The notes under the pieces are model-generated. The model searched no databases and was not told the origin of the DNA. It saw nothing but the letters and a program-made list of their open reading frames with translations. A DNA stretch of 64,000 bases from Archaeoglobaceae archaeon (GTDB lineage Archaea > Halobacteriota > Archaeoglobi > Archaeoglobales > Archaeoglobaceae), in assembly GCA_038893835.1 (NCBI GenBank), contig JAWAQR010000002.1:32001-96000 (forward strand), written 5' to 3'. The stretch's first letter is position 1, and each line of letters opens with the position of its first letter. Shown piece after piece: positions 1 to 8,820 of this stretch. The position numbers and the translations under genes were made by a program.

Positions 1-85
1 TCAGACCTAGGGGGCCTATTACTGGTCCTAAAGGAGGACCAGGTGTTGCTTGGCCACCTGTAACCAGAACCTCCACTTCCTTCAT
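1..85 (-). CDS. rpl11: 50S ribosomal protein L11 (5' part; runs off window)
   Basis: Manual translation from ATG at 85: [28 protein letters not shown] (L11 proline-rich PGPPLGP motif); follows spt5 as in the conserved archaeal cluster. Confidence 0.95.
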   Translation of the reverse strand, partial: MKEVEVLVTGGQATPGPPLGPVIGPLGL

Positions 86-87
86 CT

Positions 88-534
88 CTACACCTCCTTC
101 TTTTCTATAACTCTAACGTTTTCAGCTCTTACGGTAACCGGAATTGGAACTACTGCCTCGAGAAGCTCTATAGTTACTTCATTTTTGGTCGTATCAACCC
201 TTTTAACGACCCCTCTTTCCCCTTTAAATGGGCCTCCAACAACCTCTACCAAAAAGCCTTCTTTTATTTGCTCAACAGCCTTTTTAGGTGTTAGATAATG
301 CTTTATATCTTCAAATTTGACCTCCTTTTTTACAACTCCTTTAACGTGTGGAAGCCCCCTTATAGCTCTAACCACATCTTCGACGTTCTCCGCTTCCAAT
401 ATTACATAACCCTTTAGTTCTTTTGGAGCCAATATCGAGTAAACTTTCAATCCATACTTTTTAACAGTAAGCTCAACCAGGTTTGCAACAACTCTTTCCT
501 GATTTGCAGTTGTTTTAACAGCTATGTACTTCAT
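88..534 (-). CDS. spt5: Transcription elongation factor Spt5/NusG
   Basis: NGN domain ([16 protein letters not shown]) and KOW motif ([11 protein letters not shown]); true start is the ATG at 534 overlapping the secE stop (ATGA); the longer track ORF is an artefactual extension. Confidence 0.97.
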   Translation of the reverse strand: MKYIAVKTTANQERVVANLVELTVKKYGLKVYSILAPKELKGYVILEAENVEDVVRAIRGLPHVKGVVKKEVKFEDIKHYLTPKKAVEQIKEGFLVEVVGGPFKGERGVVKRVDTTKNEVTIELLEAVVPIPVTVRAENVRVIEKKEV

Positions 535-716
535 TTGAGAGCACCCGGAAGTACTTCCATGAGTAAGTAAATCGTGAAGCCAACAAAACCTATTATGGTT
601 ATAACGATTAGCGCGACTTTGGCTGTCAGCAAAAACTCCTCCCGAGTAGGTTTTCGGGCCATTTTCAGCAAGTTGTAATATTCTTTGAACTTCTCCCTGA
701 CCTTCGTGATTTGCAT
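531..716 (-). CDS. secE: Protein translocase SecE/Sec61-gamma
   Basis: LKMARKPTREEF motif plus a single TM helix; between ftsZ and spt5; start placed at the ATG at 716. Confidence 0.95.
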   Translation of the reverse strand: MQITKVREKFKEYYNLLKMARKPTREEFLLTAKVALIVITIIGFVGFTIYLLMEVLPGALK

Positions 717-745
717 GCAACAAATCTTCAACCAGTTATTAAACT

Positions 746-1843
746 TTACTTTACGAAGTCAATTCCAAATTTCTGGGTTATCGGATATTTTCTACCAAAG
801 ATCTGAGGACTCTTAACACCAGTTATTATCACAAGAGTTCTTATAGTATTCTCAAGTTCTGGATCTATCATTGCACCCCAGATTATTCTGGCATCGGAAT
901 CCAGTTTCGTGTAAATTTCCTCAACGACACTCTCTGCCTCCTCAACAGTCATATCTGGTCCACCAGTCACATTTACAAGTGCTGCTTTCGCTCCTGATAT
1001 ATCCACATCAAGCAATGGGCTCTTTAGGGCTTTTCTAACCGATTCAAGTGCCTTATCCTCACCACTAGCCTCCCCCAATCCAATCATCGCAACCCCTCCC
1101 TTTTCCATTATCGTTTTTACATCCGCGAAATCCAGATTGATCAGTCCAGGCTTTGTTATTAACTCTGTTATACCTTTCACAGCCCTCATGAGTATCTCGT
1201 CAGCAACCTTAAATGCCAAATTCAAGGGATAATTCGGTACAACTTCTAGAAGTCTATCGTTGGGGATAACAATCACAGTATCCGTAACTTCCTTCAATCT
1301 CTCCAGCCCAGCTTCAGCATTTGACCTTCTAACAGCTCCTTCAGCTGTAAACGGGAAAGTAACGACTGCAATTGTTAAAGCTCCAGCCTCATGTGCAGCC
1401 TCAGCTACGACTGGGGCAGCACCAGTTCCAGTCCCGCCGCCAAGGCCACAGGTTACAAATACCATGTCACTACCTTCCACTATTTTCTTTATTTCCTCCT
1501 CACTCTCTCTAGCAGCCTCTTCCCCTATCTGGGGCAGACTTCCAGCTCCAAGACCTCTTGTCCTTCTCCTTCCAAGCAACACTCTCTTATGAGCCTTTGT
1601 GTAATAGAGATGTTGAACATCTGTATTCATCGCAATTAGCTCCGCTCCTTGAACTCCCTCCTCGTAAAGCCTTGTAATCGTATTGCAACCAGCTCCACCA
1701 ACACCTATGACCTTAATAATCGTTTTGAGTTCATGAAGCACTTGAGTTATCTCGTCTTCAACGTTTTCAGCGGGTTTACTTTCAAGTCTTTCCCTTTTTT
1801 CCCTTTCTGCTCTCAAAAGAGCTTCCTCAATAATGGATTTCAA
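746..1843 (-). CDS. ftsZ: Cell division protein FtsZ (FtsZ1 type)
   Basis: [17 protein letters not shown] tubulin signature, NLDFAD T7 loop. Confidence 0.98.
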   Translation of the reverse strand: MKSIIEEALLRAEREKRERLESKPAENVEDEITQVLHELKTIIKVIGVGGAGCNTITRLYEEGVQGAELIAMNTDVQHLYYTKAHKRVLLGRRRTRGLGAGSLPQIGEEAARESEEEIKKIVEGSDMVFVTCGLGGGTGTGAAPVVAEAAHEAGALTIAVVTFPFTAEGAVRRSNAEAGLERLKEVTDTVIVIPNDRLLEVVPNYPLNLAFKVADEILMRAVKGITELITKPGLINLDFADVKTIMEKGGVAMIGLGEASGEDKALESVRKALKSPLLDVDISGAKAALVNVTGGPDMTVEEAESVVEEIYTKLDSDARIIWGAMIDPELENTIRTLVIITGVKSPQIFGRKYPITQKFGIDFVK

Positions 1844-1903
1844 ATCACATCCCCTCCCATTCGTTTTAGTTATGAATGCGAAATAGTATATAAATTCTTT
1901 CTC

Positions 1904-2842
1904 TCAACCTCCAAAACTTTCCCAACTTCTCTGAATTTCCCTGAATTTCTCCCTAGACATGCTATAAAATCTCTCTGCATCTTCAAATCTCTTCATTTCT
2001 CTGTACAAATCTCCAAGATGTCTCAAATTCGTCGCAACGAACTGAGAAAATGCATAGTCTAGTTTTTCAAGTTCTTTGAATATCTCGAGAGACTCTAAAA
2101 GCATTTTTTCTGCCATCTCGTATCTACCCATTCTCTTACAGAAAATTCCATAATTGCTGAGAAGGATTCCAAGCTCAAATTTACTGGATTTCTCTACTTT
2201 TACGATCTCTCTGAGCATTTTTTCTGCAGTCTGATAAAACTCTTCAGCTTTTTTGAATTCTCCAATTTTTGCATATATTTCTGCAGCTATCGAAAAACTC
2301 ATCACGGCATCTGAATCCTTTCTATCACCTGCTAGCTTTATAGCAGAATCTATTTTTTCCCTAGCCTCCGAATATCTTCCTAACTCGTAGTATAAGCTAG
2401 ATAAGTCATTGTAAACTCTAAGCAACTCTTCTTTATAATCCAGTTCTAGGCAGATTTTTTCAGCTTCTGTTAACATTCTTTCCGCTCTATCATTCATTTT
2501 CATCATGTTCAAAGCTTTTCCGGCTATTCGCATCATTTTTGGAGCAATCTTCATCATCTTGAGTTCTCTTGCAATTTTTATCGCGTTAACAGATGCTACG
2601 ATGCAGGAAACCAAAGATTGGCTATCGCTTTCTCTGGACAACAGCGTTGAGGAGTAGGTGAAGTGAATGAGGAGTGCAAGATTTTTCCATAAACCCTCCA
2701 GATTTTTTAAAATTTCGACGTTCGAAATCGATTTCTCTATTATTGGCTTTACTTCTTCCGGAGCTTCGGAGAGTAGAAGCTGAAAAGCTTCAAAAAACTT
2801 TTCTTCCAGTATCAGTTCTTCGATTTTTTCAATCGTGTTCAT
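1904..2842 (-). CDS. Tetratricopeptide repeat protein
   Basis: Repeated helical motifs such as YYELGRYSEA, YAKIGEFKKAEEFY, YREMKRFEDAERFY. Confidence 0.85.
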   Translation of the reverse strand: MNTIEKIEELILEEKFFEAFQLLLSEAPEEVKPIIEKSISNVEILKNLEGLWKNLALLIHFTYSSTLLSRESDSQSLVSCIVASVNAIKIARELKMMKIAPKMMRIAGKALNMMKMNDRAERMLTEAEKICLELDYKEELLRVYNDLSSLYYELGRYSEAREKIDSAIKLAGDRKDSDAVMSFSIAAEIYAKIGEFKKAEEFYQTAEKMLREIVKVEKSSKFELGILLSNYGIFCKRMGRYEMAEKMLLESLEIFKELEKLDYAFSQFVATNLRHLGDLYREMKRFEDAERFYSMSREKFREIQRSWESFGG

Positions 2843-3085
2843 AAAAAAATTCTAATTCGCATGTTAAAAAACTTTCTCAGCTGAAGGAAATGCTTAAATT
2901 TCTCCAACACTAAAAAAGTTATACCCTTGTTTAACATTGTAATAAAATAAATAAGTAATATTTATTATCGTTATTCCTCAGAGCAATTCGATATTTTCTC
3001 GACTTGCCAGTTTGGATATGCAAAACCTAGAGGGACAACTTTTATCGTTAGACTAAAATCTAAACAACACAATTAATAATTAACA

Positions 3086-3098
3086 AAAAATTTAAGTT
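3086..3098 (+). promoter_or_regulatory. Putative BRE/TATA promoter of phaE-phaC
   Basis: A-run followed by TTTAAG about 26 bp upstream of the ATG at 3122; spacing suggests a leaderless transcript. Confidence 0.45.
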
Positions 3099-3121
3099 TA
3101 CTAGAGCAAAACATATATTAT

Positions 3122-4000
3122 ATGTTGGAAGTTTACAAAAAGTTACCCAAAGAATCTTTTGAATTAATTCTAAGAAACTTTACTGTTAGGGAATATTTAA
3201 AAAATGCTTGGAATAAATTCCTTCTTTCTGGAAACTTAGAACCTTCAAGTCTTGAAAAAATCTTTGATGAACTCTTTAGATTCTTTCTTCGTCCATTTGA
3301 GCTAATAATTTTCAATGAAAAAATAGTTAGATCAATTTTTCCGATAGAAAAAATTCTAGTTGGTGAAGATGTTCTCTCCGCTTACACCGAATTCGTTGAA
3401 TCCTTTACTTCTCACATGAAGTTGACTTTCCAGCTTTTCTCTCAACCCTTCTTTGAGAGAATGCCTGTGGAGAATTTTATAGAAGAGTGGAAAAAGTTCT
3501 TCGATAAATTCGAGGTAAAACCTGTGATTCCATACGATCTACCCTTTGCTCTGCCAGAGAATGCAAAGAACTATCTTATCGACTGCATCTTGCATTGGAA
3601 AGAGTTTGTCATAGATTACGAAAAATACAGAGACTTACTCAGAAATTCCTACATGAAATCTGTTGAAAAGTTCTGCGAATTTTTGTCAAAATCCAAACCA
3701 AATAGTTTTGAAGAATTTAGAAACTCTTTCATGGATTTTATGGCAAAAGAATTCGATTCTTTGCTGATTTCAGAGGAATACCTGAAATTACAGCAAAAGC
3801 TCCTGGATGCCCTTTTTGACCATATCTACTGCCTTCGCAGATTCTTGGAGTTACTAATAGAGAACAATCCTGCTAGCCCATTTGCAACAGTATCGCAGAT
3901 CGATGAAGCTTACAAGCGGATCATGGATTTGAGGAGAAAAGTTTTGGAGCTTGAAAAAAGAATAGAATTGCTAGAGGGTAAGTATGCTCGAAAGGATTAA
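3122..4000 (+). CDS. phaE: Class III PHA synthase subunit PhaE-like protein
   Basis: All-helical; C-terminal PFATVSQIDEAYKRIMDLRRKVLELEKRIE resembles the PhaE box and coiled coil; overlaps the phaC start. Confidence 0.8.
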   Translation: MLEVYKKLPKESFELILRNFTVREYLKNAWNKFLLSGNLEPSSLEKIFDELFRFFLRPFELIIFNEKIVRSIFPIEKILVGEDVLSAYTEFVESFTSHMKLTFQLFSQPFFERMPVENFIEEWKKFFDKFEVKPVIPYDLPFALPENAKNYLIDCILHWKEFVIDYEKYRDLLRNSYMKSVEKFCEFLSKSKPNSFEEFRNSFMDFMAKEFDSLLISEEYLKLQQKLLDALFDHIYCLRRFLELLIENNPASPFATVSQIDEAYKRIMDLRRKVLELEKRIELLEGKYARKD

Positions 4001-4964
4001 AGATTTGGAAGTTAAGCCATGGAGCTGTGAGTTTGAAGTGGTCCATGAAGACTGGTTGTTCAAATTGCTCCACTTTAAGGGGGAGAGAAAGCATAGAACT
4101 CCTTTGTTGTTCGTTTACGCATTCATAAATCGCCCTTATATCCTCGATTTGCATGAAGATGTTAGCATAGTGAAAAAATTGGTCAAAGAGGGAATCGATG
4201 TATGGATGATCGACTGGGGATATCCGAAGAGGGCTGATAAGTTCTTTAGAATTTCGGATTACATAGATTACATAGATTTTTGCGTGGAGAAAATAAGAAG
4301 GGAAACAAAAAGCGACTCCATAACTCTCCATGGTTACTGTCTAGGTTCAACACTCTCAGTTATATACGCGAGCCTGTATCCTGAAAAGGTAAAGAATTTG
4401 GTGATTCAAACTCCGCCCATAAACTTCAATACCGAAAATACTTTAGCCATCTGGGCAAAGCACATAGATCCAAAGAAGATATCTAGAGCAGTTGGAAACG
4501 TGAGCGGTGAAATGTTGAATCTGGCATTTCTACTAATAGATCCAATTCGTCTCGTTTATGCAAAGTATCAAACTCTCTTGGACAATTTCGAAGATCCAAA
4601 GTTCTTAAGGGAATTCTTTTATATGGACTTCTGGATCTTTGACTCACCATCAATTCCAGGAAGCGTATTTGAGGAGTTCATAGAACGATGGTATCACAGG
4701 AACGAACTGATCGAAAATAGATATGATGTGAACGGGAGAAAGGTTGATTTGAACAACATAAAAATGCCAGTTCTAGCGCTTTATGCTGAAAAAGACCATA
4801 TAACTCCTCCGAGTTCAATCATTCCCTTCTTAGAAAAAATACCATCAAAGGATAAAAAGGTGCTTAGCGTTGATAAAGGACATATAGGCTTGACTGTGAG
4901 CAAGAGTTCGCATGCAAAATTGTGGAAAGAAGCGATAAAGTGGATAGTTGAGCACTCAGATTGA
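3984..4964 (+). CDS. phaC: Class III poly(R)-hydroxyalkanoate synthase subunit PhaC
   Basis: YAFINRPYILDL, IDWGYP, lipase box GYCLG (Cys119), AEKDHI (Asp271), KGHIGL (His300); 326 aa, class III size. Confidence 0.92.
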   Translation: MLERIKDLEVKPWSCEFEVVHEDWLFKLLHFKGERKHRTPLLFVYAFINRPYILDLHEDVSIVKKLVKEGIDVWMIDWGYPKRADKFFRISDYIDYIDFCVEKIRRETKSDSITLHGYCLGSTLSVIYASLYPEKVKNLVIQTPPINFNTENTLAIWAKHIDPKKISRAVGNVSGEMLNLAFLLIDPIRLVYAKYQTLLDNFEDPKFLREFFYMDFWIFDSPSIPGSVFEEFIERWYHRNELIENRYDVNGRKVDLNNIKMPVLALYAEKDHITPPSSIIPFLEKIPSKDKKVLSVDKGHIGLTVSKSSHAKLWKEAIKWIVEHSD

Positions 4965-6263
4965 TCTTAAATCCACAACTCTCCTTGCTTTTCCCATGGA
5001 TCTCTCTATTCTACCTTTTTCAACCAGCTCGACATTGGTTCTTAGCATTAGTTCCCTCTGCAATGCTTTTTGTATTTTCTCCTGCAATCTTTTCAAGTCT
5101 TCAAGCTCTCCTGTAAAGAACTCATCCCTTACCTCAACTCTTATAGTTATCTCATCCAGAGATCCTTTTCTAGTCAGCAATATCTGGAAGTTATCCCCCA
5201 CTTCAGGTATTTGCATCAAAACATGCTCTATCTGGCTTGGAAAAACGTTTACTCCACGAACTATGAGCATGTCATCGCTTCTCCCGAGAATTCTCATTAG
5301 TCTTGGATGTGTCCTTCCACAGGCACATTTTTCCGTTTCGATGATTGTTATGTCTCCCGTCCTATATCTCAATATCGGCATCGCTTCCTTAGTAAGGGGA
5401 GTTAACACGAGTTCTCCCCTTTCCCCTTCTCCAACTCTTTCCCCAGTCTCTGGGTCTATTATCTCGACGAAATAGTGATCGATCCAGATATGCAACCCCT
5501 GCTGCTCTTTACATTCAAAAGCAACTCCAGGTCCATTCATTTCGCTTAAACCATAGCTGTCATATGCCTTTATTCCAAAAGCATCCTCGAGCCTTTTTCT
5601 AGTATTCTCGCTCCAAGGTTCAGCACCAAAGCAACCAAATTTCAGCTTCAATTTATCCAGCAAACCCAGCTCTTCGGCAACTTCCTTAATGTGCAAAGCG
5701 TAGCTGGGTGTTGAATGAATCGCAGTTGTGCAGAAATCGACCATGTACTGTATTTGTCTTTCCGTATTTCCAACACCTGAAGGAATTGTTACAGCTCCAA
5801 TTTTCTCCGCTCCATACTGGAATCCCAGTCCTCCTGTGAAAAAGGCGTAATTCACTATGTTCTGGAAAACATCTCCCTTCCGAAGTCCTACCATGTAAAG
5901 ACATCTTGCAACCATATTTGCCCAAGTTTCTATGTCTTTGGCCGTATATCCTACAACTTTTGGCTTTCCAGAAGTGCCACTCGAGGTGTGTATCCTTACA
6001 ATCTCACTCTTTGGCACCGCAAACAATCCAAAAGGATAGTTTTCAGCGAAGTGTTCCTTTGTCGTGAAAGGTATTTTTTCAACGTCATCGAAGCTTTTTA
6101 TATCATCTGGAGTGACGTTTGCGGCTTTCATTCTTTTTTTAAAGAAAAAAACATTTTCATAAGCTCTCTTTATTGTTTGTTTTAATCTTTTAAACTGCAA
6201 CTCTTCAAGCTCTTCCTTTGGAAGACATTCTTCCCTATCCCAGAACTCCTCGCTCCATGGCAT
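4956..6263 (-). CDS. paaK: Phenylacetate-CoA ligase family protein (paralog 1)
   Basis: HTSSGTSGKP P-loop, GAEPW, YGLSE, RYRTGD, GRSDDM; substrate not determinable. Confidence 0.9.
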   Translation of the reverse strand: MPWSEEFWDREECLPKEELEELQFKRLKQTIKRAYENVFFFKKRMKAANVTPDDIKSFDDVEKIPFTTKEHFAENYPFGLFAVPKSEIVRIHTSSGTSGKPKVVGYTAKDIETWANMVARCLYMVGLRKGDVFQNIVNYAFFTGGLGFQYGAEKIGAVTIPSGVGNTERQIQYMVDFCTTAIHSTPSYALHIKEVAEELGLLDKLKLKFGCFGAEPWSENTRKRLEDAFGIKAYDSYGLSEMNGPGVAFECKEQQGLHIWIDHYFVEIIDPETGERVGEGERGELVLTPLTKEAMPILRYRTGDITIIETEKCACGRTHPRLMRILGRSDDMLIVRGVNVFPSQIEHVLMQIPEVGDNFQILLTRKGSLDEITIRVEVRDEFFTGELEDLKRLQEKIQKALQRELMLRTNVELVEKGRIERSMGKARRVVDLRSI

Positions 6264-6303
6264 ACTGTAACAAGCTCTTTGAGATGATAAAGATTCCCAA
6301 ATT

Positions 6304-7122
6304 CTAAAGGGGAAGCAGCTTTTTCAAATCGCTCGCAAAGATACCCGATTTATATCCATCCGGATTAATAAAAACTTTTTCAAATCCAATGGAAAGTAGG
6401 GAATCCTTTATGACTTCCTTAAATTCCATAACTTTCCAAATCTCATCCCTTTCAACTTCAACAACTGCAAGATTCTTGATAACTCTTACTCTCACGTTTC
6501 TAACCTTCGCAATTTTGATCACTAAATTCTCTGCTTTATCAATTCTTCTCAACATTTCTAAAGTTATTCTCATCTTAAACGGAATTCTAGTTGCTAAACA
6601 TGAAAGAGATGGACTGTTGTAAAAGGAAAAACCATAATCTTTCGCAATAGCTCTTATTTCCTCTTTTTTTATTCCAAAGCACGCCCATGGGCTAAAGGCT
6701 ATGCCAGAGTCTAGGACTGCTTTGTAGCCAGGTCTATGTTCCTGAAGATCGCTTCCATTTGTTCCTTCAAAGATCACTTCATAACCTTTTTCTTTTGCAA
6801 TTTCCGTCATTGCGCATATCATGGATTTTTTGCAGTAATAACATCTATTTTCTGAATTCTCTAAAAAATCCTTATTCTTAAATATATCAAATTCGAGAAA
6901 AACGTGTTTTAATCCAATTTCTTTTGCAACCTTTTTTGCATTCTCTATTTCCCTACTTGGAATATTTTCAGCTTTTATAGTTACAGCCAGTACATTTTCG
7001 ATCTCCTCTTTGCATATCGCTGCTAGAGTTGCGCTATCAACACCACCGCTAAAAGCAACAATTGCGTTGTTGAAATTTGAAAGAAAAGCTCTTAATTTTT
7101 CAAGTCTCTCTTTTAAGTCCAT
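6304..7122 (-). CDS. larE: ATP-dependent sulfur transferase, LarE family (PP-loop)
   Basis: SGGVDS PP-loop, RCYYCK, GTNGSD..RPG, SCLATRIP. Confidence 0.88.
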   Translation of the reverse strand: MDLKERLEKLRAFLSNFNNAIVAFSGGVDSATLAAICKEEIENVLAVTIKAENIPSREIENAKKVAKEIGLKHVFLEFDIFKNKDFLENSENRCYYCKKSMICAMTEIAKEKGYEVIFEGTNGSDLQEHRPGYKAVLDSGIAFSPWACFGIKKEEIRAIAKDYGFSFYNSPSLSCLATRIPFKMRITLEMLRRIDKAENLVIKIAKVRNVRVRVIKNLAVVEVERDEIWKVMEFKEVIKDSLLSIGFEKVFINPDGYKSGIFASDLKKLLPL

Positions 7123-7127
7123 GGAAA

Positions 7128-7319
7128 TTACTCGATCTGAATCTTTCTTATTTCCTTTTTCTCCTTTCTTTCTAATTCCTCTATTTTCTTTATTTGTGCA
7201 TCGATGAGACTTCTCAAGGCAATCAAGAACTCCTTATACGCTTTCAGCGTATGCTCCAAGAATTTTTCAGGAAAAACATCTTCTAAGCTTGGAACTGTGA
7301 TCCTTATATCTTTTGGCAT
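7128..7319 (-). CDS. Small amphipathic-helix protein with C-terminal IxI motif, coupled to the Get3/ArsA ATPase
   Basis: 63 aa; 4 bp from the upstream ATPase and 5 bp from larE; GGTGA RBS-like site upstream; ends IRKIQIE. Confidence 0.85.
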   Translation of the reverse strand: MPKDIRITVPSLEDVFPEKFLEHTLKAYKEFLIALRSLIDAQIKKIEELERKEKKEIRKIQIE

Positions 7320-7323
7320 ATCA

Positions 7324-8466
7324 TCACCTAAACCTTACTCGGATTTCGTTGTTATTAAAGCTTGCTCCAATTGTTTCCCTTAATCTAAGAACCTGTGGCA
7401 AGAATATCGTCCTTTTCCACTGTCCTGCAATGATGATAAGTTCTTCCCCTCTTCTATATATTTCTATATCCTCTTTTTTTAAAAATGGTACTTTTATCCT
7501 TAAAACATATTCATCTCCATTTTTTTCAACTTTCATGGGTCTCTCTGAGATCATCTTTTTGGTTGGATCAAAATCGAAGATCTTATCTGCTAGCTCGAAG
7601 AGTTTCTCTCCAACTATTTCGGATCGCTGGAAAGGTATCTGTATTATTGGGACTGGGAAAGATTGCTGTACCCTTTTGAGGTAATCTTCCTGCATCTTTA
7701 TCCAGTCAGAAAAGAAATCTCCTATGTCTTTTGGAAATACCTTGTTAACGATTACGCAATCCACGGTGTAGCCAAAGAGATTTAGATACGTAAAAGCTCT
7801 TTCAGACTCCTTTATAACCATCTTTTCTGGGTTCATGACAATTCTTATGGCAGCCTCATTTTCAAGGAGATCTTTTATCTTGCTTATCCTTACGTACATT
7901 TCTTGTATTTTATCCATTATCTCCTCACTCGGTAGAGGAATTTTGATCAAAGGCTCTGCAATTGGTTTTACTATTTTGAGCAATTTCTTTTCAATTCCAA
8001 AAAATCGATTCATATACCATTTGGCAACTTCCGGAACGCTGAGAAGGCGAAGAGTTTCTCCAGTCGGAGCACAGTCTAGGATTATTGTGTCGAAATTTCC
8101 CTTTTCGTAAAATTCCAACAAATTCAGAAGACTTGCAACTTCGTCGAATCCAGGTAAAATTGCCAGTTCTTCTGCTATGACATCTTCTATGCCTTGAGAT
8201 TTAAAGAAGAGGAGAAGATAGTCCTTTATAACTTCCCAGTGTTTCTTTAGCTCATATTCTACGTTGACTTCCATTCCGTAAAGTCTTTCGGCAATCTTTT
8301 TTGGCTCAGCACCAAGTTGGAATTGAAAGGAATCTGAAAGGCTATGTGCAGGGTCTGTTGAAATTATCAGCGTCTCATGTCCGAGATTTGCTGCCTTTAT
8401 TGCAGTCATTGCTGCAATCGTAGTTTTTCCAACTCCCCCTTTACCTGTGAATAGCAGGATGTTCAC
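7324..8466 (-). CDS. Get3/ArsA-family ATPase with C-terminal alpha-crystallin (HSP20-like) domain (Get3d architecture)
   Basis: GKGGVGKT, STDPAHSL, DCAPTG switch II, VNKV; C-terminal beta-rich YVLRIKVPF...ELIIIAGQWKRTIFLP...IRVRF; single ATPase domain, no CxxC. Confidence 0.92.
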   Translation of the reverse strand: MNILLFTGKGGVGKTTIAAMTAIKAANLGHETLIISTDPAHSLSDSFQFQLGAEPKKIAERLYGMEVNVEYELKKHWEVIKDYLLLFFKSQGIEDVIAEELAILPGFDEVASLLNLLEFYEKGNFDTIILDCAPTGETLRLLSVPEVAKWYMNRFFGIEKKLLKIVKPIAEPLIKIPLPSEEIMDKIQEMYVRISKIKDLLENEAAIRIVMNPEKMVIKESERAFTYLNLFGYTVDCVIVNKVFPKDIGDFFSDWIKMQEDYLKRVQQSFPVPIIQIPFQRSEIVGEKLFELADKIFDFDPTKKMISERPMKVEKNGDEYVLRIKVPFLKKEDIEIYRRGEELIIIAGQWKRTIFLPQVLRLRETIGASFNNNEIRVRFR

Positions 8467-8502
8467 AAAAACAAATCTTGTAAAATTTAAAAATCTTTGC
8501 AG

Positions 8503-8706
8503 TTATTCTTTCTTCTGCTGTTGTTTCCTCTTTATAACTTCTTCAAGCTTCTTTTCTAAAGGCTCCTGATGTGTGTAGGGGCAGATCAAATAATGCTCAA
8601 CAGCTTTTGCTATAGCATCTTTGGTTGCAACTTCACCGGTTTTCTTCTTCAACTCCTCTAAAACGTTTTCAGGCAATACAGTTTGTGCGTGGACGATCTT
8701 TACCAT
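8503..8706 (-). CDS. Small conserved archaeal protein (DUF5371-like, probable ribbon-helix-helix)
   Basis: KIVHAQTVLP..LEELKKKTGE..TKDAIAKAVEHYL pattern; GGGGTGA RBS upstream. Confidence 0.75.
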   Translation of the reverse strand: MVKIVHAQTVLPENVLEELKKKTGEVATKDAIAKAVEHYLICPYTHQEPLEKKLEEVIKRKQQQKKE

Positions 8707-8820
8707 CGATAATCACCCCCATTATAATTATCAACACAGCGTATATAAAGTTTTCTCATTATTATGATATCATACATTAACTTACATAAGGATTTTAAAG
8801 ACTTACACTCCAGTAGTCTC

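Noticed and set aside
535-723. 63-aa N-terminal extension of Spt5
   Set aside because: Overlaps secE in another frame; the real start is the ATG at 534
2946-2966. Inverted repeat AATAAATA-N5-TATTTATT upstream of phaE
   Set aside because: Pure A/T arms in a very AT-rich spacer; likely by chance
7324-8466. Arsenic resistance ATPase ArsA
   Set aside because: Single ATPase domain with an HSP20-like tail, no evident metalloid-binding Cys set, and no arsB/acr3/arsC/arsR/arsD nearby
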